This document shows, one piece after another, positions 1-11,060 of a stretch of 42,268 nucleotides of DNA; the first letter of the stretch is position 1; the number at the start of each line of letters is the position of its first letter. Source of the stretch: Octopus bimaculoides. Lineage: Eukaryota. Position numbers and translations under genes: made by a program. Location: contig NC_068997.1 of assembly GCF_001194135.2 (NCBI RefSeq), positions 53,930,083 through 53,972,350 of the forward strand. The letters are read 5' to 3'. Below the pieces are notes generated by a model. It was not told the origin of the DNA. It saw nothing but the letters and a program-made list of their open reading frames with translations, and made no database searches.

Positions 1-77
<77 letters not shown>

Positions 78-441
78 ACACCAATGTGTGCGTCTGTGTG
101 TATACATATTTTGTATGAACGGCAAAAGAGCAGACACTTGTAATTTCTATTTACACTCTATTTGAATATATTGATCAGTACGATCAATGGAACTACTCTG
201 ACATAAAACCTCTCTAGTGATGGAGGCGACAAAAGTATAGCCAAATTAGACTAACATTTACAACACATTGTTTAATCCAGAATAACAACGACATCAAAGT
301 TGAATTAACAATATGGCGTTTGCTTTTCTACTTTAAAGTTATAATATTACACAACACATACATACCCAATCTCTCTCTCTCTCTCCCTCTATCTATCTCT
401 CTATCTCTATAAACACAAACAGACTATACCATTGCTGCTGA

Positions 442-504
<63 letters not shown>
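442..504. repeat. (TAC)n microsatellite
   Basis: Direct inspection. Confidence 0.97.
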
Positions 505-506
<2 letters not shown>

Positions 507-523
507 TTATTTTGAAATCTACA

Positions 524-660
524 AGGTGGCAGAATCGTTAGAGCGTTAGACTAAATACTTTCTAATATTTATTCAAGCCCTTTTTCCATGTGAGATCAAT
601 TCTTACGGAGGTTAACATTCTATTCCTCGTCCCTCTGGCATCGACATAATAATCTGTGGT
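524..660 (+). mobile_element. Degraded SINE, family A
   Basis: Starts GGTGGCAGAATCGTTAGAGCG and is colinear with the better copy at 34429-34659. Confidence 0.55.
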
Positions 661-759
661 GCATGAAACAGAGTTAAGCGTATAGACTTACCTTCTCCAC
701 TCCACACTGCAGGCCTATAACCTAAACAAGAATCCATTATAGTTACTATTATTAATATT

Positions 760-1029
760 ATTTTTACCTTCAACGACTGGCTCTGGGTGATGTTCATACC
801 AGTAAGCTGAAGTGCTGATTTTATAGTGACCTATCTTAACGTGGCAATGTTTGTATTCATTTGGTGTCAGCACAGGACATCCCGAGGAGAGAAGGTCTAG
901 TGTTCCGTCAAATGTGTCGCAGAACTGTATTTAGGGTTAAAACCGTTTTGAAGAACGTTAGCCTAGTAGCTTTTTGTATGCAAGCTTTGGTCTTGTGCCG
1001 CCAATAAGAAACCTTCATTCTCGGCGTTA
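760..1029 (-). mobile_element. Second R4/Dong-clade fragment: region between RT and endonuclease with a decayed CCHC zinc knuckle
   Basis: The minus strand reads NAENEGFLLAAQDQSLHTKSY*ANVLQNGFNPKY, then after a frameshift FCDTFDGTLDLLSSGCPVLTPNEYKHCHVKIGHYKISTSAYWYEHHPEPVVEGKN. This matches recalled R4 motifs 'ETEGFxxAAQDQ', 'HxxSGCPVL' and 'WYEHxPEPV'. The stop and frameshift indicate a dead copy. Confidence 0.85.
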
Positions 1030-1352
1030 TTGTTGTTGTTGTTGTTTTTGTTATTATTTATTGTCCTTGCACAGCTAACGCTGGAGATGAACTGCGGTGT
1101 CAGCTGTTCACTACCAGTGAACTAAAGTAACACCTCTTATTTTTCGAGCACCTGCCGGAGTACTCGAGCGGTTCCAAGCGTTGCTGTTTTCTGCAAGTGT
1201 TCCACCCTTATGGCTGCCCCTATTTGTTCCACGTACTTCCCAAGATTTTTACTCACTGCTTCCAGACCTCCGACAATTATTTGTATTATTACCACTTTTT
1301 TCATCGACAACAACTGCTTAACCTGCTGCGCTAACCTGTCATATCTACCGAC
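1030..1352 (-). mobile_element. 5'-truncated R4/Dong-clade non-LTR retrotransposon: C-terminus of the restriction-like endonuclease, stop codon, short 3'UTR and (AAT/AAC)n tail
   Basis: The minus strand reads VGRYDRLAQQVKQLLSMKKVVIIQIIVGGLEAVSKNLGKYVEQIGAAIRVEHLQKTATLGTARVLRQVLEK*, with the stop at 1137-1139. This matches the recalled R4/Dong ending 'PIIVGALG...LQKTALLGTARILRKVL'. About 90 bp of UTR and an AAT/AAC tail follow. Confidence 0.88.
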
Positions 1353-1426
1353 TATTATTATTGTTGTTGCTGTTGCTGTTGTTGTTACTATTACTGTTGT
1401 TGTTGTTGCTGTTGTTGTTATTATTA
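1353..1426. repeat. Compound (TTA/TTG/CTG)n microsatellite
   Basis: Direct inspection; it borders the 5'-truncated end of the R4 fragment. Confidence 0.9.
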
Positions 1427-1816
1427 TAAGCTAGTCAGTTTACCTGTCACGGCATGTTTGTTGGTAGCTCTTCAACGCTAAGAAAAAAAAGACAAGTTAA
1501 CATTAGCGAAGTGGAAGGCTACATTCTTTCTTTTCGTTTAGATTTTAAAAAGTAAAGAAGAATCCTCATCAAGACTGGAGTTTATTTTCATGAAAATACC
1601 ACAAAGGTGGGTTATTTTTGTTTTTTACTCAGACATTTGCATACAATGGCGTCTACAAAGAAAAAAAGTATCATAGAAAAAGTAACAACAACAACAACGC
1701 CAAACGTAATAATGTAAAAGCTAGCGAAAGACTTGTGAAAAGACGAAAATAAAAATATTTTTCTATCACAAGACAAGCATGCTGGAAAATATTGACGTAA
1801 TGAAATAGTGACATTA

Positions 1817-1940
1817 TTAGTGATAATGGTTTTATAACCAAATAATTTAGCGATGATGGTATTATGTTCACACAGTATTAAACCTACATAGTTTAGTAAT
1901 AATGGTAATATATCTACATTGTTTAGTGATAATGGTATTA
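1817..1940. repeat. Degenerate ~30-bp minisatellite
   Basis: Core TTAGTGATAATGGTATTA variants at 1817, 1847, 1893 and 1923 (spacing 30/46/30). Confidence 0.75.
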
Positions 1941-2924
1941 TACTTATCGAAGATTCAACAACGTCAAGTGTTTCTTGTCTTTGTTTTCTTGTAACACACA
2001 AATAATGAAAATGAGTATTTTTCCAAAAAATAGGTCGGTAAAGAAAAGTTGTTGAAATTAAAATACGCTACTTTTAATGGTGCCGAGCATTTCCACGTTC
2101 CTTGTACCAATGTAAAAACAAGCTACACTTAACGATGTCTGATGCATGGAGAAACATTTGACCGATAAAAATCTCTGGGATACTTATGTGATGATTTCTA
2201 GATGAAGATGAAACATCCATTTGTGTCCCAGTACAATTAATGTGATGAGAGGCGGACGAAATACATGATCAGGGTTAAATGTATTAGTAACGACATTAGA
2301 CATCGTCGTGTCAGACCATAGAGAGGTAACGAACGATGGGATCACGAAGAATGATATTTGTGGTCCTGAATAAATACAGAAGTCATTATAACGAACGTTT
2401 GTGTTGCCAGTCATGTCTGTAGAAAGGTGAACTACGATGGGACAAAGCATGTAACAATGTTGTTACACATGTGGCAGCTTTAACCTCTTGAAGGCTTTCT
2501 TTCTTCAGAAGTAGTAAAAATATAAGAAAAAAGAGCACCGGCAGAAGTCCTAAAAATACTGCAGTTCTAAATGTGACACAGGTCAAAACTCCAAAATTAT
2601 TGGAAGGCAACATAATTTGCAGGCCCTATTCGGTCATATTCTGGGTTCATTTCAAACGACGAGACTCCTCTGGCTTCATAGAAATATATCAACTCAATAC
2701 TTGTCATTTAATGATTCCCTCTGAGAAATTTGGTAAGGTGCAGGTGTCTGAGAAATATTCGGCGGATTGGTTCTCTAATTCAGATAGCCATTCGAAGGAG
2801 CAATCACCTCAATATTTATCATCGAAACCGACGTAGACCCGCTTCTACATACCATAAATATAAATGGAAAATATGTAATATAATTGAGAAAATTATATAA
2901 AACGCCATAATGGCGAATTGGCAT

Positions 2925-3104
2925 GTCTGTGTGTGTGCGTGTGCGCGCGTTTGTGTGCGTGTACTCCTATATGTATATGCATGAAAACATAGATATACAC
3001 ACGCAGATGCACACACGCACACACATAGACAAGCATACACGCACGCACACATTCACACACAGGCAGACAGACACACATATATAGATAGACAGATGGATAT
3101 ATAT

Positions 3105-3176
<72 letters not shown>

Positions 3177-3303
3177 ATAGATAGACAGATAAATAGATAG
3201 ATAGACATTAATACATTTTCATACTTATAATATTCATATATAGAAAAATAGACGTGTATACGTACATTTAGACAGGTACAAGCACATATATATGTACGTG
3301 TAT
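2925..3303. repeat. Mosaic (TG)n/(CA)n/(GATA)n simple repeats
   Basis: Direct inspection. Confidence 0.92.
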
Positions 3304-3547
3304 NNNNNNNNNNNNNNNNNNNNNNNNNNNNNNNNNNNNNNNNNNNNNNNNNNNNNNNNNNNNNNNNNNNNNNNNNNNNNNNNNNNNNNNNNNNNNNNNN
3401 NNNNNNNNNNNNNNNNNNNNNNNNNNNNNNNNNNNNNNNNNNNNNNNNNNNNNNNNNNNNNNNNNNNNNNNNNNNNNNNNNNNNNNNNNNNNNNNNNNNN
3501 NNNNNNNNNNNNNNNNNNNNNNNNNNNNNNNNNNNNNNNNNNNNNNN

Positions 3548-3587
<40 letters not shown>

Positions 3588-4146
3588 CAGTTTAAAGGTA
3601 GTTTCTGTAATTTACAATAAACATACAAACTCCTAAATGGTTCTCCGCTTTATTAGAAGAGGAAATCCTCCACGATATTTTAAACGATTAACCTATTGTA
3701 GTTTTTCTTTTTTAAACCGGACGCTGCCTGGAAATATAAGACAGTGTCTGTTTCCTGCGGATCTGAAATGTGTTTCGAGATAACTAACTCGGCGTTCATT
3801 GCTGGAAGGTTCCAGATTTATATGATTGCCTCCATAGGTTATATTATATACGTGTTAAGCTCGGTTAGTCTAATATATATTTGAAAACGCTGTATTGAAT
3901 GTAGCTCTTTTATAGTTTAGTGTTAAGAGAAAGCGTCGCTTTTATTCATTTATCAATTTTCAAAGTATAATAATACATGCTGTAATTAATTAATTAATTA
4001 ATTAATTAATTAATAATGGAATAGAGTATTTCATTTACGAAAAAATCTATCATATACAATCATGTGTGCACTCATTGAAGATAATAGCAACTTGAACATA
4101 CTTACATAATACATACATACATGTATACATACATACATGTATACAT

Positions 4147-4181
<35 letters not shown>

Positions 4182-4192
4182 TATGCATATAC

Positions 4193-4350
4193 GACGAGTC
4201 TTCCTTCAGTTTCCGTCTACCAAATTCAATCTCTGGGCTTAGCCACCTGAAGTTTCTAGTAGAATACACTGGCCCAAAACGCCATGCCGTGGGCCTGACC
4301 GTAAATGCATGGAGTAGGGAAGCAAACTTCTTACCACACAGCCAGGCCTG
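4193..4350 (-). mobile_element. tRNA-derived SINE, family B (5' part)
   Basis: The reverse complement reads GGCTGTGTGGTAAGAAGTTTGCTTCCC...GAATTTGGTAGACGGAAACTGAAGG and matches the copies at 8358 and 37671. Confidence 0.78.
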
Positions 4351-4352
4351 TG

Positions 4353-4384
<32 letters not shown>

Positions 4385-5179
4385 NNNNNNNNNNNNNNNN
4401 NNNNNNNNNNNNNNNNNNNNNNNNNNNNNNNNNNNNNNNNNNNNNNNNNNNNNNNNNNNNNNNNNNNNNNNNNNNNNNNNNNNNNNNNNNNNNNNNNNNN
4501 NNNNNNNNNNNNNNNNNNNNNNNNNNNNNNNNNNNNNNNNNNNNNNNNNNNNNNNNNNNNNNNNNNNNNNNNNNNNNNNNNNNNNNNNNNNNNNNNNNNN
4601 NNNNNNNNNNNNNNNNNNNNNNNNNNNNNNNNNNNNNNNNNNNNNNNNNNNNNNNNNNNNNNNNNNNNNNNNNNNNNNNNNNNNNNNNNNNNNNNNNNNN
4701 NNNNNNNNNNNNNNNNNNNNNNNNNNNNNNNNNNNNNNNNNNNNNNNNTGTGTGTGTGTGTGTGTATGTGTGTGTGTGTGTATGTGCGTGTGTGTGTGTT
4801 TGTGTGTGTGTATGTATGTATGTATGTATGTATATCGACGTGCATACATATGCACGGTGAGAGAAAGAGACATAAGCATGTCCACTTCCTTCCTAAAGAA
4901 GAGACGTGCTTTTCCTGTCTCCTCTCATGGCTCGTCTACCTAGCGTTCATAATAATTTTTCTATCGTTTTGGCTCAACAGCCCTCACCGTTTGTTTTTAT
5001 TGTCTTCTTATCACTGCCCTCTTCTTGGTAACACTTTCACCCTCCGCAAAAATCCCTGCACTACTGTACTTTTAAATGTGTCAACGTATACAGTGCACCG
5101 CATATTTGTGCATATGTGTATCAAAGCATATACATTTATGCGTGTGTATTTATGTGTGCATGTGTGCATGAGTCCATGT

Positions 5180-5482
5180 GGGGTTGTGTGTGTGTGTGTG
5201 TTTATGTGTGCGTGTGTCGTTGTGGATATGTCCGTAGAATCGAATTCAATAACTCATGAAACAGTCCTGATTTTATGAAATCTCTGAAAATAAATATGTA
5301 TATATCCAGCGGAGAACATAGATGCGCACACACACGCGCACACACACGCACACACACACACACACGCACACAAACACGCACACACACACACGCAAACACA
5401 CACATACACGAACACACACACGCATGCATATATATAAATATATACATATTACATATATTTATACATGTATATATATGAATAT

Positions 5483-5527
<45 letters not shown>

Positions 5528-5760
5528 TATATGTATGTATATACATATATATATATCTGTCTATATGTATACAGATATGTATGCACATATATATATATTT
5601 TACACCGCTATATATCTATATATATATATTAGTCTCTGTATGTATGCATGTCTGTCTGTATGTATGTATGTATGTATGCGTGTATGTATGTATGCATGTA
5701 TGTATGTATGTATGTATGTATGCATGCATGCATGCGTGTATGTATATGTGAATGTACGTA
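5180..5760. repeat. Mosaic (TG)/(CA)/(TA)/(TATG) simple repeats
   Basis: Direct inspection. Confidence 0.92.
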
Positions 5761-6739
5761 TATAATATGCTCAGGAGGATGTTTAGCCGCTTTAACAAGC
5801 AATCGTAGCGAGTGTGTAAGAAAACAATATTATGAAGTCCCTCCACGTTCGGATAATATCCTGGAGTCAAGGCATCGTTTATATGCGTTTCACGTCTCAT
5901 TTCCGTTTTAAACAGGAAATAATATCACTTGATCCGAATAGGTTTTTATCTTTTTGAAAATGCAATATCATGTAAGATCTACAAGACATAATGATATATG
6001 CATGTATCTCAATGATTCTGCATAAATATTGTTTGGTGTCTATAAACCGGTACGAGCATACATATATNNNNNNNNNNNNNNNNNNNNNNNNNNNNNNNNN
6101 NNNNNNNNNNNNNNNNNNNNNNNNNNNNNNNNNNNNNNNNNNNNNNNNNNNNNNNNNNNNNNNNNNNNNNNNNNNNNNNNNNNNNNNNNNNNNNNNNNNN
6201 NNNNNNNNNNNNNNNNNNTATATATATATATATATATATATTTCGAAATAAGCAACAAGGATATCCTCACGCACACACACAGAGTCATGTATATATTTAT
6301 ATTTATATTCACATTGGGGTCAACGTGACATAGGTGTATAAATTCTCGTTATCTTCAACAAGATTATAACCATGGCACATTACTCTACAGTTGAGAGATA
6401 TGTAAACATACGTACATGACATTAATATCTATTTATTTTACTTCTTACTAATGCTATATTCATGTTTTAGTATTATATTATATTATGGTAAATTATATTA
6501 CATTACATTATATTATATTGTGTTATATCATATTATATTACCATATAATATATATATCTAATGGCGTAGTTAGACTTTTCAGAAATACTTTGGACAAGAA
6601 GAACACTGAGTTACGTAAGACCTGTGTTTTAATACGCGATCGACAAAATTAATATTCTTTTCATCCCTCACTCAATGAGGCCAGTCACCTGATTTTTCTA
6701 CATAAATGAATTGAAAGGGACGCAGATCTGTTACAGGGT

Positions 6740-6850
6740 TGAATACTAGTAATTTTGGTGGCCGACATGGCGAAGCTGAGTACATTGACCCCTGTATGTC
6801 ACTGATGCTATATCTTATCAACCCGGAAGGGACGAAGGGCAAACTTTGTT
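6740..6850 (-). mobile_element. SINE family A, 3' half
   Basis: GAGTACATTGACCCCTGTATGTCACTGATGCTATATCTTATCAACCCGGAAGGGACGAAGGGCAAA is reverse-complement similar to 34525-34590. Confidence 0.65.
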
Positions 6851-6865
6851 TCCTTCCTCGACAAA

Positions 6866-7094
6866 TCTTTTGCTGGTTTCAGTCATTTGACTACGGCTAT
6901 GCTGGTGCACTGCCTTAAAGAGTCTTTTAGTTAAAGAAATCGCCCCCCCCCCACCACTAGCAGAAAGTACTCTTTTTAAACCCAGTACTGATACCATCGT
7001 CCTCTTTTGCCGAACTGCTAAATTACAGGGACGTAAACACACCAAAATTGGTTGTCAAGCAATGGTGGTGGGACCAACAGATACACAAAATACA
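6866..7094 (-). mobile_element. SINE family B (3' part with tail)
   Basis: Reverse-complement similar to 8520-8650 and 37900-38110 (CTGCTAA..TTAC..GACGTAAAC.CACCAA; tail CCAGCATAGCCGTAGTCAAATGACTGAAAC). Confidence 0.75.
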
Positions 7095-7195
7095 NNNNNN
7101 NNNNNNNNNNNNNNNNNNNNNNNNNNNNNNNNNNNNNNNNNNNNNNNNNNNNNNNNNNNNNNNNNNNNNNNNNNNNNNNNNNNNNNNNNNNNNNN

Positions 7196-7229
<34 letters not shown>

Positions 7230-8357
7230 GTACACACACAAATAGAGCTAGGTAAGCTATAGTAGTCAGCATTAAGGTGTCATCTCTTGTTTATTAACGC
7301 AACTAAGGTTCATTAGTTGTTAAAACTGTTAGCAAAATATTTGGCATTTAGATTTCCGTTAACAACTTCAGAAACTTGGCATAGTTGTAAGTATTTAGTA
7401 TTATACAAAACACCTTAAAACTTCATAACATAAGAATAAATCAGATGACCAGGGAAACCATTGTAGTTGAGAACGAGATATTGTTGATAGAGATTTAAAT
7501 AGTTTTGAAATGTCGGGAGCGTTTCTCAGGATATGACAAATCCATTCTGTAGGAAATACTTGCTAGCCTGTTGTTAATTGGATATTCTTCAATGAATATC
7601 GATAGTCATGTCCGCAAGAATTCAATAATTCAAAACTTTTGTTCATAATTACAAAAGACTATATTATAACTAATATAACGGTAAACGTTTCCCAGAGATC
7701 GTACACAATTCATAATCAGTGATGAAGAGAGTTATATTCTATAATGAAACAATCGAACTTATAGTTGCTGATATTATGAAATCTCAGATATATTTGAATA
7801 GTAAAGTAGAAAAGCGTTTTTCTAAGTATTTGAATGCATACACATGTTACGAGACTGTATTTTGCTTTTCAATGCATCCTGTACATCTCTTTGTTTCAAT
7901 GTCATCTGCTGTCAGAGGAAACGTAGCTCGATAATGCAATTATTTATTGTTGTTCATTTCAAGCTTTGTACACAGCTAATATGACAGTTCTTGAATGACC
8001 TTTTCAACATACCCACATAAATTCTTAATAATTTCTGATTTTAAGCAAGAATTATATAAGAACAATTTCTTCAGCGTACACCATAAATGTAATTCAGACA
8101 TTAACATTTGCTTGTAAATTTTCACATTTTACTTCGTATTATTTTTCGTATGTAAGGGCGAACCTTTATAGAGGGACGACATAGTTAAGAGCTCAGCTTA
8201 AATATCGTTTTCTCAAAAGATTTATTTTCAGCAATAAGATTGCTTTTAATTATAAGCATGCATCTGGACTTTTGCCGAAAGTTGAAACCAATTGTAAATA
8301 AATATATTAGGAATATTCTAATTATTGTAGTCGTTTATGTTGGACATTGGGAGATCT

Positions 8358-8650
8358 CAGGCGTGTGATAAGAAGCTTACTTTCCAACCACATGGTTCCA
8401 TGTTCAGTCCCACTGCGTGGCACCTCTGGCAAGTGTCTTCTACTATAACCTCGAGCAGATCAATGCCTTGAGAGTGGATTTAAGAGAGGGAAACTGAGAT
8501 AAGCCCATCTTGTATATGTATTTATGCATGTGTATTTGTTTGCCAGCCCCCACCACCAAAGCTTCAAAACTAATGTTGGTGAGTTTACGTTCTGGTAACT
8601 TAGCAGTTCAACTAAAGAACCGAAAAATAACTACAAACCTTAAAAATAAA
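8358..8650 (+). mobile_element. tRNA-derived SINE, family B
   Basis: GTGATAAGAAGCTTACTTTCCAACCACATGGTTCCATGTTCAGTCCCACTGCGTGGCACC...GGAAACTGAG, an internal microsatellite-like spacer, then the 3' body. Confidence 0.8.
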
Positions 8651-8660
8651 GGAGATGGAG

Positions 8661-8778
8661 AGAGAGGGGAGGGAGAGAGAGGGGAGGGAGAGAGAGGGAT
8701 GGAGAGATGATGCAGGTGTAGAGAGAGATACAGGGGGAGAGACGATGCATGTGTAGGGAGAGACGATGCATATGTAGA
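8661..8778 (+). repeat. Purine-rich tandem repeats: 15-bp GAGAGAGGGGAGGGA unit and 21-bp GAGAGACGATGCATGTGTAGG unit
   Basis: G-runs at 8666, 8671, 8681, 8686 and 8696; 21-bp unit at 8702, 8737 and 8758. Confidence 0.85.
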
Positions 8779-9291
8779 GAGATAATATTGAGGATGCAGA
8801 GATGAAGCCAGAAAGTTTTCACATATCCATCTTCCCTAAAAACAGAAGCAACAGCAACAACAACAACGACAACGACAACACCATATATAACATCCGAGAT
8901 GAATTCATTTATAACAATATCCATAATGTCCATATCCGTGATGGATTCATCTCGGAATTGAATCGCCTGCAACATATCGAACTTTGCAGTTCGATAGTGT
9001 ATATATATATAATTTAATAAGCGTTCCCTTGTTAAATAACTATAGTAAATCTAATTAGTGAACGAAATAAAAATTATAGACTTGATGTTAATGTATGTTT
9101 TGGTTAATATTCGTATCGGCTGAAAGGAAAAGAATTATAAAATGTAGAACTGTTCAAATTTCCAGCGGTAACTACAATCTCATCTTTCACTTGTAGAATA
9201 CGATTCAGTACTTTATTCTGTTTCAATTATAGATAGACATACAGACAGACAGACAGACAGACAGATAGATAGATNNNNNNNNNNTATATAT

Positions 9292-9341
<50 letters not shown>

Positions 9342-9400
9342 GGATAGATAGATATAGATGGATAGATATATAGATAGACAGTCAGGCACACAGGCAAATA

Positions 9401-9520
9401 GACGGAAGCGGTGTTATCCTATTGACCTAAGACGGAAGCGGTGTTATCCTATTGACCCAAGACGGTGGCGGTGTTATCCTATTGACCCAAGACGGTGGCG
9501 GTGTTATCCTATTGACCCAA
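9401..9520. repeat. Minisatellite, 4 x 30 bp
   Basis: GACGG(AA/TG)GCGGTGTTATCCTATTGACC(T/C)AA starting at 9401, 9431, 9461 and 9491. Confidence 0.97.
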
Positions 9521-9772
9521 GAAACTATCAGTATTCCGGACCACCAAGACCCAGCAAACAACTGTTGGAATCGTAAAACGCTACACATTTAACTCCTAGC
9601 GTCATTTTTTTCTGTAAGTCGAACTATTTTATATCCATACAAATATATATTTTTCTTCTATGAAATATATTTAATACTCTGTGTAAATCGACTTGCCTGA
9701 CTTGCTTGTCATTACATTTACCATTCTACCGGCTCAAGTTCAAATCACTTGAGCACTTCGAAGAGTTTTCTT

Positions 9773-9803
<31 letters not shown>

Positions 9804-10499
9804 TGGCAGCAAGGAGAGAATCAGCATCTACCGGTTTTTCTTTGCTTTTATAGTGAATTCGAATGAAACAAACAGAAAAGAATAAAACGCGAAATAGGAA
9901 AGTTTACAAAATCAAAAAACATATAGATAAAAGAAAAGAACAATTTCATAAACGAAGGTGACATAAAGTTTGGATCCTATCACTTCTGCAAAGAGTGATG
10001 ATGTCAGAGGAATTATCATTTTTAGAGTTCAACAAATTATTTGTGTTCTGCTATATTTTTACTTTCCAATTTCTGTTCTTGATGTTATTTTCTGTTTTTT
10101 TTTCTCCCTTCCTTATCTATTTACGTTTTGTTTTGATTATTATCAAAGTGACAAAAATTGTTTCAACACGAAAATTTTCGTTAGATAATACCAGTTGCCG
10201 TTCTTCATGTTCTTTATCGACTTATTCGTTTCACCTTTAACATTCAATTTCTCTTGTAATTCTTATATTTCCTTCTGACATTCTTTGAGTATCTTCTAAG
10301 TATTTTTATGTTACTTCTTAACACAACTTCGAACAATTTCAACGCATGATTTTTCTCATATTTTTCTGTTTCGAAAATCAAATTTTATCGTTGGCTTCAA
10401 GGCAATTCCAAATGTATGTGTTTACAAAATTTGATTTCAATGTGTGTACATACTTTCTTATTATTTGCCCTCATTATATTTACTTTGTTAATGATTAAA

Positions 10500-10501
<2 letters not shown>

Positions 10502-10553
<52 letters not shown>
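10502..10553. repeat. (TAA)n microsatellite
   Basis: Direct inspection. Confidence 0.97.
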
Positions 10554-10557
<4 letters not shown>

Positions 10558-10915
10558 GAGATGGTTTCTCAATAAAAATATTGGCTGGTGGCTAACCTTA
10601 AGACACAAACTTCATTGTTGAGTGAAAATGTCTAATACAAATATATCAAATAATAGTGTTAATGTGGCTGGAACCAAAGGTGAAAGCCTTTCGCCCGGCT
10701 GGTGGTCTGTGGCTGAGCAGCGCAGGCCCGGTGGTTAACCAGAGACTGTTTGTAAACAAAGCCAGAAGCAGAGAATGTGGGATGAGGAGGCAAATCAAAC
10801 GGTAATTGAATGTTGGATCACAAGTGAACCCAGCAGAACAGGGGTTCCGACATCGAATGAAAGCAAAATGGAAGGAAATAGGACCCTTCGAAATAAGTGA
10901 GCAACGCTTAGCAAC
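10554..10915 (+). mobile_element. 5' region and ORF N-terminus of an R4/Dong-clade retrotransposon (degraded)
   Basis: ATG at 10628. The frame later reads RMWDEEANQTVIECWITSEPSRTG, then after a frameshift FRHRMKAKWKEIGPFEISEQRLA. This resembles the recalled N-terminal motif 'W..EEN..VMECY..S.P..RGYRKRM..IW.E.G.F..SEQRLADQ'. It directly abuts (TAA)n at 10502-10553. Confidence 0.75.
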
Positions 10916-10921
10916 CCGTTA

Positions 10922-11060
10922 AGTTGAATACTTAAATGACTTGAAACGGTCTAGTTTAAACAAAGATAAAGGTATTAAAGAAACCATAATATCTGTACTG
11001 ATCAGGCTTAATAAGCCGAAACGTGTCCATACACGGATATTCTGATAATAACAAAGTCTC
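10922..11060 (+). mobile_element. 3' end fragment of a Penelope-like element (GIY-YIG C-terminus plus hammerhead-like motif)
   Basis: Translates VEYLNDLKRSSLNKDKG, similar to the PLE GIY-YIG terminal motif 'L.PSLN[RK]D.G'. It is followed by a CTGATCA-stem-GAAAC-GTC motif. Confidence 0.6.
10989..11040 (+). ncRNA. Decayed type I minimal hammerhead ribozyme motif
   Basis: CTGATCA (10998-11004; canonical CUGANGA with G8>C), stem II GGCTTA/TAAGCC (11005-11017), GAAA (11018-21), self-complementary stem III ACGTGT and a GUC triplet (11025-27). Stem I is partial: ATATCTGTA against CATACACGGATAT. Confidence 0.6.

Noticed and set aside
691-807. Two apparent minus-strand micro-exons with AAG|GTAAAA and AAG|GTAAGT donors
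   Set aside because: The upstream one is part of the R4 retrotransposon remnant (WYEHHPEPVVEG), and the implied intron is only 46 nt.
2458-2500. CYTCGSF resembling a gag zinc knuckle
   Set aside because: It lacks the His and final Cys, is preceded by a stop, and no other LTR-element motif is secure.
3755-3812. Minus-strand GAG/CTC-GAAAC hammerhead-like motif
   Set aside because: CUGANGA is not intact and the spacing is wrong; at best it is a very old remnant.
9401-9520. CRISPR-like array
   Set aside because: The units are contiguous with no unique spacers, the context is eukaryotic, and no cas genes are present.
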